This document shows, one piece after another, positions 1 through 10,250 of a stretch of DNA of 64,000 nt. Each line of letters begins with the position of its first letter. Position 1 is the stretch's first letter. Under the pieces are notes generated by a model. The model was given only the letters and a program-made list of their open reading frames with translations, had not been told where the DNA came from and made no database searches. The stretch comes from Eledone cirrhosa (Eukaryota), in NCBI GenBank assembly GCA_964016885.1, contig OZ024743.1:272738001-272802000 (forward strand), given 5' to 3'. A program made the translations under genes and the position numbers.

Positions 1-511
1 GCAAGTTTAGAGGTTTTCAGGGGTGAAGGAGGTACAAAGTTGAACCTCACCGTCCAAGTTATATTAATACTCCAGCGTTATTCTTTTTAACCCTTCCATT
101 AACAACAAAACAATATCAGTAAGACAATGTTATTGAAATTAAATAATGCATCTGATTTTTGAGCAAGCATTGAAAAAGAAAGGACACACTGATTACTGTA
201 GTAATAGATACAGTGTTTTAAAGATAAACAGTATGATCGCAGGGAGCGGTACCTGGATATTTAGTACCCTAATCTAGCTCTACAACGTGCGGCTCGCTCC
301 ATCATTCAATTATGAGCCACATTCTCAGAAATGAATACCTTCAACTTACAATATGGCAATCTGACAAACCTAGTTTTCTCTTATCAGACAAATAAAATTA
401 CTAATCCTGTATTCTCTACCACACAAACCATACTCACTCATGCCAAATGTTATGTCATCATACCACACGACTCTTTCCACAGCTTTGGCTATTTCGAAAT
501 ATTTGATCTAG

Positions 512-559
512 GAAATTACATATGAAATTACATATGAAATTACATATGAAATTACATAC
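512..559. repeat. Tandem repeat, 12-bp unit GAAATTACATAT, about 4 copies
   Basis: Directly visible tandem copies. Confidence 0.9.
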
Positions 560-796
560 GTTGAAATCTTTTTGTTCAATGAAGACCGCCATGGCGTTAA
601 ACCAGAACACAAAAATATACCTAAGAAATATGTAATAAATAAACTTCTTTGATAAGTAACAAAAATAATGGAAAATCAAAATTATATATCCTCACATTTC
701 TTGACATCTTTACGTAATGGATCATCGCTGTATTGGAACAATAGTCTAATATCTACTAAGCCTGCAGTAAGGTATATATATTTCTCACACTAATTA

Positions 797-925
797 TCGG
801 CGGGATCTGAGTTCAAATCCCGCCGAGGTTGACTTTGCCTTTCATCCTTACGGGGTCGATAAAATAAAGTACCAGTAATGCACTGGGTATTTGCTGGCCT
901 TGTGCCTAAAGGTAGAAACAACTAA
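797..925 (+). mobile_element. tRNA-derived SINE fragment with Nin/Deu-like central domain
   Basis: B-box-like GAGTTCAAATCCC followed by GACTTTGCCTTTCATCCTTACGGGGTCGATAAAATAAAGTACCAG; many diverged copies in the window. Confidence 0.8.
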
Positions 926-1190
926 TTATTTAAATTAATGACCTCATTATAACATTAGCATATAGAAAGCGTTCTTTGATGAACTCTATTATTCAGATTT
1001 CGAAATCAACAGGAGCGAATATATTATTTTATTTCGTTTTCCGTTGCAGGAAAAGAGACGTCTAATTAAGATCTATATTGTGAATTGCTGAAAACCCAAG
1101 GAAATTTAGAATGCTAGAAATAACAGCTAAGCGACAATATTCTGAATATAGAAAATAAAGCTTAATTTCGTTTCAACATTATTTTAACCG

Positions 1191-1381
1191 GTGGGGCGAT
1201 GGATTGGCAGTATCGGTAAAGGGTCGGACGCCATGCTTTGCAGCAAAGAGTTATGGCCCTTTGTGGTCTGAGATCAAATCCCGCCGGTTAACTTTGCCTT
1301 TCATTCTTACGGGTCGATAAAATAAAGTGCCAGTAATAGACTGGGATAATTTTGGCATTGTGCCAAAAGTGGAAACAATTA
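1191..1381 (+). mobile_element. SINE, same family, near full-length head
   Basis: A-box-like TGGCAGTATCGG, B-box-like GAGATCAAATCCC, then CTTTGCCTTTCATTCTTACGGGTCGATAAAATAAAGTGCCAG. Confidence 0.75.
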
Positions 1382-1481
1382 TTTTAACTCGCTATAAATC
1401 AAGGAAAACATTTTTGCAAATACCACTGAAAAATGCTTAGTATGAGTGATGAACGTTTACCACATGGACGATTCTAAGGAG

Positions 1482-1538
<57 letters not shown>

Positions 1539-1695
1539 GAATTGGAGCTCTGAAATAGCAATATATATATATGTATATATAATGTATTTTGCAATACACT
1601 TTATGCTTAATTAAAAGCATTTTGAAGACCGTATGCTATTGTTTTAGAGTAGTGACAAGCTCACTTACTTTAATCTCAGCAAACAAGGGGAGATA

Positions 1696-1740
1696 AGCCG
1701 ACAAGGCCTTGTTTCGCATTTATTGATGCTTATCAAGGCT
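1696..1740 (-). ncRNA. Type I hammerhead ribozyme, U3-A8 core variant
   Basis: Minus strand reads AGCC-TTGATAA-GCAT(caataa)ATGC-GAAA-CAAGGCCTTG-TC-GGCT. Confidence 0.8.
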
Positions 1741-2034
1741 AACTACTCCCTCCTGTCTACGGAGATCACTGATGTTATATTCTTATAGAATTCTAGTAAA
1801 TAATCAGGAACTGATTATACAGAGCGGTTGCCGGTCAGGCAGAAATTAAAAATTAGAAATTGCAAAATACATTATATATACATCCATATATATATATTGC
1901 TATTTCAGAGCTCCAATTCTAATTTTTAATTTCTGCCTGACCGGAAACCGCTCTGTATAATCACTTCCTGATTATTTACTAGAATTATATAAGAATATAA
2001 CATCAGTGATCTCAGTAAACAGGAGGGAGTAGTT

Positions 2035-2079
2035 AGCCTTGATAAGCATCAATAAATGCAAAACAAGGCCCTGTCGGCT
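2035..2079 (+). ncRNA. Degenerate copy of the same HHR (GAAA mutated to AAAA)
   Basis: AGCC-TTGATAA-GCATcaataaATGC-AAAA-CAAGGCCCTG-TC-GGCT. Confidence 0.65.
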
Positions 2080-2215
2080 TATCTCCCCTTGTTTGCTGAG
2101 ATTAAAGTAAGTGAGTTTGTCACTACTCTAAAACAATAGCATACGGTCTTCAAAATGCTGTTAATTAAGCATAAAGTGTATTGCAAAATACATTATATAT
2201 ATATATATATATATA

Positions 2216-2303
2216 AGTTATTCCGGGTTCAATCGGTGGTAACCACTGATGATTTCTCACGAATGAAACAGTTCTAGTCCTGTAGAAGCTTTTCTATATT
2301 AAT
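2216..2303. mobile_element. Very short family-C-related PLE end fragment with inversion, containing an HHR core that lacks its 5' stem I arm
   Basis: 2218-2245 matches 24786-24813; 2246-2290 (CTGATGA tttctcacgaat GAAA cagttctagtcctg TA) matches the family C HHR in the opposite orientation. Confidence 0.7.
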
Positions 2304-2316
2304 ATATATATATATA

Positions 2317-3285
2317 TCTTCTAACATACAAGTATTTAAGGAACACGCCGAGTACTACGATAACACCCTTAGTAAAGCAAGCCACCTCAACAAAATAGAG
2401 TATATAGAAGGGAACAATCAAAACACCCAAAATAAATCCCACATAGGTAGATATAATAACACAACACCAAACCACACTTACTACACCAGTAAACCAACAA
2501 ACGAAACTAATAGAAAGCGATGCAAAGAGTACTTATGGTATAACCCCGAATACAATAGTTCCATTAGTACAAATTTACCAGTACTCTTCTTTAAAATAAT
2601 TAAGAGACATTTTCCTACATCACACAAATACCACAAAATCCTAAACCCTACCACTATAAGACTGTCATACTCTACAGCGTTAAACCTTGAACAACACATA
2701 AAAAAGATCAATACTAGAAGGTTAAACGAAAACACTAAAAACTTAAGTACAAAGAACACAAAAAAAACAGTAGACAATACACTACAGAACATAAATAAAC
2801 CACACCTAAGTTCGTCCGCAATACTACTCCAGAGAAAACCCAACGTACACAACTGTAACTGCACCTATCCTGACAACTGCCCCCTCGGCAATAACTGCCT
2901 GGAAAAAAATATTATTTATAAGTGTACCATTAAATCCGGAGGCAACGAGTGGTATTACGTGGGATCAACGGCAACATCGTTTAAATCTCGATTATATAGG
3001 CATTCTTACTCAATAAAACACCAGAGCCAAAGAAATGTAACAACTTTAGCAGAAAAAGCTTGGACGCTCTGGGATAGCGATCAAAAGTTTACCCTAAAAT
3101 GGGAGAAATTAGCTAAAACCCAAAGCTTTTCCAGGAGCCAAAATTTCTGCAAATTGTGTAATCTTGAGATTTATTACATAATCACACACAAGAAGAAATT
3201 GCTGAATAACAGAATTGAACGAACATTATTCTGCCGTCACCGAACTAAAACCCTTTTTTCCCACTACAAGGCGAATATTACATAA
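2317..3285 (+). pseudogene. Truncated, frameshifted PLE ORF (YLWYNPEYN, CNCTYPDNCPLGNNC, GIY-YIG: IIYKC...YYVGST...CKLCNLE...LLNNR..CRH)
   Basis: An 11-nt deletion near 2483 relative to copy 39792-40892 shifts the frame. Confidence 0.85.
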
Positions 3286-3563
3286 AAGAGGGACATCCCC
3301 CCAACTATATAAACCTCAATCTAGTTAGAAAAATATAAAAACAATCTCTTCTCAACATATATATATGTATATTATTAACCTTAAATTACCACACTAATAA
3401 TGGAAAGATATGCTGATGAGAGTAGGTGCAAATATGTGATAATGAATGTGTCTAAAAGCGACCATAAGTATGTATATATATGTGAAAATGTATATAAATA
3501 AGTAAATATATATATATGTTTGATGTGTATTGTTAGATGTAAGTGTATTCATGTATTAAAGTG

Positions 3564-3673
<110 letters not shown>

Positions 3674-4185
3674 GACTAGAGTATGTATGTATATATGTGT
3701 GTGTCTATACGTGTGTATATAAAGATAAGTTGAGTATGAAAATGTATAAACATGAACGCGTATGTATGTACATGAATACATGTGTGTATATATATATGTA
3801 TGTGTATATGTATGTAAGTATTAACATGTTACTATGTGAATGTGAGTATATGTATTTTGTAGAGGTGTGCAAATATGTTTGTGTGTGAATGCGTGGGCGA
3901 AAGGATACGTACACTTGAAAGAAAAATTATGTCTGAATGTTAATTAAGTGCAAACACAAAACCAACCACGCGAATCTTTACTATCTCTAATCCTTCTATA
4001 GATTTAGAAAAATAACCAATAATATATTCTATAAAAATGTCAAAACAACAGATGGGAATCTAATTACTCACTGCCACCAACAATTCTCACTGCTATCAAA
4101 AAACCACTCCATCAACTATTCTTCTAACAACTTCACCCCTCCCTCCTAATATTCTCTATAAAAACCAAACAGGTCCTCAGTAATA

Positions 4186-4306
4186 TTATTCTGATGAAAT
4201 GACAGTAGATAATAACATTGAAATATTGAATGTCTGCATAACTAATACTTTGTAGATAGCAGCTGTTTTCAGGTTATGTAACTGTTATAGAAACACGTGT
4301 CAATAA
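4186..4306 (+). ncRNA. Type I hammerhead ribozyme with 92-nt stem II (family A)
   Basis: TTATT-CTGATGA-aATGACAGT...ACTGTTATa-GAAA-CACGTG-TC-AATAA; stems I, II and III all pair. Confidence 0.8.
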
Positions 4307-4343
4307 ATTCCTTTCAACTAAACTGTTTCCATTCAAATCTTTC

Positions 4344-4406
<63 letters not shown>

Positions 4407-5376
4407 CACTTGATTCACTACATACAGTTCTCTAGTTACAATGAAAGAGACAGGATGAGGCTATACAAAGGATGCAGGGCTAAATTGATGAATATCGTAG
4501 AAAATAATTCAAAGAGTGCTCAATCTATAGGAGAAAATTCTGGAATGAGAGAGAGAGAGAGAGAGAAGATAAATAATGTCAACCCATGGTATGACAGCAA
4601 CAAATACCAGAGTGTGATGTTCGTCAATGCTATCCCCAGAAGCGAACTAGCATACATATTTAAAAATATAATAATAAGATAGTAGAAAACCAGGTGCTCC
4701 CACAAAACCTCTGATTACCTGAGCGGGCTCTTTTAAGAAAAGAACCTACACTGGTAGAAAAGATATAGTCTGCAGATAAAGCCCACAGATTAACTCTAAA
4801 ATGAAGAATGTAGTTTATTGTATGATGTAAGTGTAAGAATAAGAACAGAACATAAATAGGTGAGAGAGGATGAAAGAACACTGGCAAGAACTCCAAGGTG
4901 GGAAAACCAATCCTTACTCCACCCACATGACAGAAAGGAACATGGAGGCTCACTAGAGACTATCCAAATGGAAATTATATCCATAAACCGAACAGATGCA
5001 ATGTTTCAACAGATTACAGAAGCAAGGAATATAAATAAACTTCTACCAAAATTAAATAGAAAGCACAAATGGAATAATGTCCTCACAACATAATGACTGG
5101 GGAAAAATATAAAGAAACACAAGAACAGACCCCTTTCTGCCACACACACACACACATATTTATATATATATAGAGAGAGACAAAAATCTGGGTAACAACT
5201 AACTAGTGAGAAGTAGAGAGAGAGATGTAGGCAGCCTACCCTGGATGTAAAGCAGGCGTAGTCCATGTGTGCAGCTCATAAAAACAAGATGGTGTAAAAC
5301 AAGACAAAGAGGAGACAAAGTAAGAAGAGTAATCAGTGAAATGCTCACAGAATGTGACGAAAGAGATTTGTCAATT
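4407..5376 (+). pseudogene. Old degenerate PLE of a different lineage (thumb and GIY-YIG remnants), possibly with a decayed HHR at about 5331-5376
   Basis: Fragments YQSVMFVNAIPRSELA, VEKPG, and HPH..KEHGG...QITEARNI..LNRKHKWN with stops and frameshifts; TCACagaatGTGAC-GAAA-gagatttg-TC. Confidence 0.55.
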
Positions 5377-5843
5377 AACAACTAAACAACCATTCTGTTA
5401 TTAAACTAACCGACGGAAAATTCTAATAATAATTGGAAGTGAAAACCAACTGGTGCAAGACTCTTCCGAAGTATAACTATATATATATGTGTGTGTGTGT
5501 GCGCGCATGTGCACGTTAACATATACACGTATATACATACATATATATAGATAGATATGTGTGTGTGTAAATATGTTTTCAAATATACGTATATGTGCGT
5601 GCGTTATCATGTCTCATTTAGATGGGTACGGTAGGATTTACATCCCCGTTATACTATATGACTGCTTTCAAGCTTCTATGTGCTTAATCAAGAGGCACGT
5701 GGTAGATGCTATACAAGTGTGAGACTAGCTTTTGAAGTATTCATTGGTGTTATAACAAAGCATCATGTCAGTTCATTGTCAATCGAATATTTCGTTTCCT
5801 TTATATTAATTTCGCTGGTTCTGCCTGAGGACTAGGTCAATAG

Positions 5844-5891
<48 letters not shown>

Positions 5892-6837
5892 CACATGCAT
5901 GCCAGTGAAATCCACAGCTTATTAAAGACTAATTCAATGGATTGGTAGTTTAGTTAATGGAACTGGAATACTCAACGTATAACCCGAGGAATATCCATTT
6001 CCTTTATATAAATGTAAATAACTATGTGTCTGTCGCAAGCTTTCTATAAGTACTATGTTTGAGATCTCTGTCAATTTGCTGAATAGTCTACTATAATGAT
6101 AAGAGTATAATAATTGATGTCCTAAATTTCTTTTCTTTTCCATCCTCTCTACCATTCGTTTTGTATCACCTGCTACGTTTACTGCTCTATCAGATGCCTC
6201 GTCTTTTCTTACAATTTATAGTGTCCAATTTTCACATGTCTTCCTCTCCTTTTCCTCCTGTCATTTATTTGTCCCTTATAAGCCACACCCTTTGCATTAT
6301 TTATTCCCTATGCACCTCCGTGCATAAAATGCCGTACGATATTTGTTCCACTTCTTTCAAGTTCTGAGTCCACCAAATTTCGTCATATCAACTTAGCCTT
6401 TCATCATTTCAGGAATAAAGTACCACTCATGAGCTGTTATTCATTTGATGGAATAACATTTCCATTCCACCAATTTTTTATCATTTTACACATGTTAAAA
6501 ATGATAATTATAATTATTAATCCATGCATTATTAGAATTGTGTAGACTGCTTAACATAATTTTGTTCTTTATTCTAATTTACCAAGCATAAATCTTTCCT
6601 TTTTTGACTGTTGTCTTCGTCCTTTATTCCCGGGCTTATGTTTAGCAAAATTTGTATTCAGTAGTACACTGAATTAGTTCAGTCAACATACAATTATAAT
6701 CTTCTTCAAATTCAGCGTTAATGATTTCGTACATTACGTTTCAGGTCGAAGATTTATTAATGATGGTCTGAAGTCAATTGAATCGACTGTAATCCAAGTA
6801 TGGTACATGTCTGACACATACTGTATATTAAAAGCAA

Positions 6838-6985
6838 GGAGGCATAGCATGGTCAGGTGGGTAAAAAGATCTCTTCGCAAATGAACAAGATCCCACTGTG
6901 CAGACATTTAAGGAAGAGTTACTTGACTAGCCTCGAGCCGATCAAATCGTTGTAAGTGAAATTGGAAAGACAGAAACTGTTACGA
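6838..6985 (+). mobile_element. Diverged SINE of a second family
   Basis: tRNA-like head followed by ATCCCACTGTGC...TAGCCTCGAGCCGATCAAA..GTGAAATTGGAAAGACAGAAACTG, resembling a common octopus SINE body (from recall). Confidence 0.45.
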
Positions 6986-7799
6986 AAATTGAATATATTG
7001 TATCTACAATCCCAAGCGCCAGCCTTGTCACACATTTGTGTCACGTTGGCTCGTCTGCCTCGTCCTGAACATTACTTTAAGAGTAGGGTACACATTTCTG
7101 TGAAATACACAAACAGTTGCACATTAATTTCCGGAACAGGCTATTCCTTTGACTGAACAATAGGCAAACGCATCGTCGAAACTGACAGAATTCCATTCTA
7201 TGACAGAGGTAAATTATATATTCCTAGAAATCTGATGTCCAAGGAAAAAAAGAAATTACTGGGAGACATTTAGCCTTGCACTTTAGCGTTGCTGATTCCG
7301 CACCACCCTTACCAAGTCATCGATTTATAATATATGAATCCACCCTAACATCCGAAGATGCTAGTGAGAGAACAGTCTCAGAGAAGGTTTGTGAGATTTC
7401 CACAGAAAACATTTCGAGAAATGACAATGTAATCATACTCTTAGTTATTCCAATGCTCGCAGACGAAGCTTAATCGACTGGATATTGCTCTCAATGCCAA
7501 CGATAAGGGACACACATTCTTATCGAAGCTTCTATCGTATCAAGAGATTACCCCACCGAAAAATCTATAAATCATAAAAATATGAAGATGTTATTACAAA
7601 GTGGTAATTGACAACAGAAATACTTTCTTTTACTAATAATTATCTTTGGAATATTTAAAAAAAACAGAAAAATAGATTACGAAACCTCCACGTGTTACAT
7701 TTAGGCCCACTATACACAAAATAGTTGTACTAGACACTTTATTTTTTACGTAAACATTTCAATATGAGAGAAAACAACACAAATTGATTGACAGAAACT

Positions 7800-7995
7800 G
7801 TGGAGTGTCGGATTAAATACCATCGGGTATTTCTTTTTGGCTTTTTATTATATGAGTTCAAAGACCGCCGACATCAACTTTGTTTTCTATTTTTCTGGAG
7901 TTGATAAAATAAAGTACCAGTCAAATTCTACGGTTGATTTAATTAACTTTGCCCTTCACCCAAATTTGCTGACGTTGTGTCAAAATTAAAAATCA
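7800..7995 (+). mobile_element. Diverged Nin/Deu-like SINE
   Basis: GAGTTCAAAGACCGCCGACATCAACTTTG...GATAAAATAAAGTACCAGTC. Confidence 0.65.
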
Positions 7996-8249
7996 ATATA
8001 ATAAAAAACGAAAAAAAAAGAAAATCAACTACCCCAAATTGCATGTGCACACGACGAAGAAAGCCAACGTTTTGGTGCACAGTTAACAGGAAGATAATAC
8101 TTTTTAATTTAGGCACACTGTCAGCAATACTTTAATTGTGCATTATTTTATCGACTCCGAAAGGGTAAAGGCCATGATTGAACTCAAAACCTAATGGGCT
8201 GGGAGAAATATCACGAAAATTAAAGATTCTGTTAATCCTTTTCGAATAA

Positions 8250-8410
8250 TTTCTAATTTAGGCTCAAGGTTAACAATTCGTGGGGAGGGTAACCTCGATT
8301 ATGTCGAGTCCAGTACATGACCTGTACTTTATTTTATCGACCTCGAAAAGATGAAAATCTCAATTGACCTCGCTGGGATTTGAACTCAAAACGTAAAGAG
8401 CCAGAACAAG
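8250..8410 (-). mobile_element. Nin/Deu-like SINE, minus strand
   Basis: GTACTTTATTTTATCGACCTCGAAAAGATGAAA...GGGATTTGAACTCA is the reverse complement of the core. Confidence 0.7.
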
Positions 8411-9271
8411 TGATAAGGTCGTGTTGGGGAGAGCTGTGTGGGCGATTGAATCGAAACTTAGGACATGGCTGGAATATATCTTATTGAAATTGAAGGATTA
8501 ATTTTTTAAGTCGCTGCGATTTAAAGTAATTATGTAACGTAATCAAATTTTGTTTTACTTTCTACCGTTTAGTAAAAATAATTTTCTACTATTAACTTGC
8601 ATTCCCTGATAATCACACCCAGGCGCCTCTTTGCCAAGGGAAGTTTTGTTCTATTATTGAAGCACATTGCAACAATATAAATCGCAATGACTACTAAAAC
8701 TTCACCTGTATACAAAGTGATATCAAACAGGTACATGAGATTAGAGAATCGTGAAAAGAAACTAAGAATGTCTGTCCCCAAAAAGTAATTAGTTTTACGC
8801 TGTAACGAAAACAAAAAAGAGGAGAGAAGAGTTAAATTAATTACAATTCATTGTTTATCTCACTCGTCCTAATAATTTGCTGCAATTAACTTACATTGTC
8901 TGTTAATGAAACTAAGGCGTCTACGCGACAACCGAAAGTTAGTTTTACAACTGAAGCATTATTGTACATTACAATAATACTAATCGTAATATTTCCTCAT
9001 ATAGACACAATTTCAGACATTTGGGGAAGTGCTATATTCAATTAAATCGACCTCAACGTTTGTCTTCTACTTTATTTTCTCGGCCAGAGAAGAAGAACTT
9101 TCAAAATTGATCTCGGCGCGATTTGAACGTAAATACAGGGAATACGCACAACAAAGTATTTCATTCTACACTCTTATGACTGTGCAATTAATGCCTAGAA
9201 TCCAATGCTGGAATTAACTCATGTGATTAGACGAAAATGAGAACACAGAATAATAACTCGGAGCCATACTA

Positions 9272-9378
9272 ATAATTGTTTCTACTTTTGGCAAAAGGCC
9301 AGCAATTATCCCAGTGTATTACTGGTACTTTATTTTATCGACCCCGTAAGGATGAAAGTTAACCACGACGGGATTTGG
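9272..9378 (-). mobile_element. Nin/Deu-like SINE, minus strand
   Basis: CTGGTACTTTATTTTATCGACCCCGTAAGGATGAAAG, reverse complement of the 840-875 core. Confidence 0.8.
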
Positions 9379-9399
9379 AGAAGCCATACTAATAATATT

Positions 9400-10250
9400 A
9401 ACGAACTCGATGCTAAAATTACATAAATCATTCTTGACATGAATCATAGCTTTTGAACAACAAATTGGAAGTGAGCTGAAGAGCCTACAGAGCAAAGCAT
9501 ACATCTTTGATCTAACTAAGGTGTCTCTCTGTAGTACATTGACCTGGTAGAAATAACAGCCAAATATCCCACCATAGTGGAACTTATTGATCTTCAAATG
9601 ATGCCAAAAGTTATCAAAGCGGAGGGAAATGAAAATAAGAGAGACGGACTTTTGAATAACAAAAATACACAATATTATTGGCGGAATTATAATTAAGAAA
9701 ACGTTGCATGTGGCACGCATCAATATCCTCAACCAATTATAATTTGATGCTTGCAGGTATTTGTATTGTGCAGTATGCAGATTCCAATAATTGCCTTAAC
9801 ATCTATTAGTTCAGGTGATGTAGATTCTGTGTATGATTATAAGGGCTAAAGATTAATTAAGATTGCTGCAGGTTAATAGTTAGTGGGAAATTTGTAGCAC
9901 AAATTTACAAATATCACGTTATAAGAATGAAGGAATGATCACATCAATTAGTCCATTGACAAATTGGTGTGCAATGACGGTAGTTGCTTCGATGACATAG
10001 TGAAAGAAGATGTCACATTTGGAAGGTGAACCAGAATTTGGAGGATGGTGTTGTGTCTAGAATCTCTTAGATACATTGTATTTCGATGCGGTAGTCTAAT
10101 TATTTATATAATAATATGAGCAGTGACATAAGTGTTCCAGATTGGTAATATTCCTAGGTTAAATGTAAACTTTAGGCACCCTAATTTGTACCCTGGTTAG
10201 ATTTAAAACCCCTCATAAAGTATTTTAGTAATTAGTGTTCAATATATGAT
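9400..10250 (-). pseudogene. Possible highly decayed 3' region of a restriction-like-endonuclease LINE
   Basis: Minus-strand fragments TAHII...RHNTILQIL...PELID resemble the knuckle-RH-PD motif order; many stops. Confidence 0.25.

Larger units (their letters stand above)
1532..2197. mobile_element. ORF-less HHR-bearing mini-element (retrozyme-like or non-autonomous PLE), 321-bp unit with inverted copy, inserted in (TA)n
   Basis: 1532-1858 is the reverse complement of permuted parts of 1859-2197; ATTGCAAAATACATTATAT recurs at 1859 and 2180; flanked by (TA)n. Confidence 0.75.

Noticed and set aside
512-559. CRISPR-like or regulatory array
   Set aside because: Spacerless 12-bp minisatellite in eukaryotic DNA
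797-1381. tRNA genes suggested by A/B-box motifs
   Set aside because: No cloverleaf; these are SINE heads attached to a repeated SINE body
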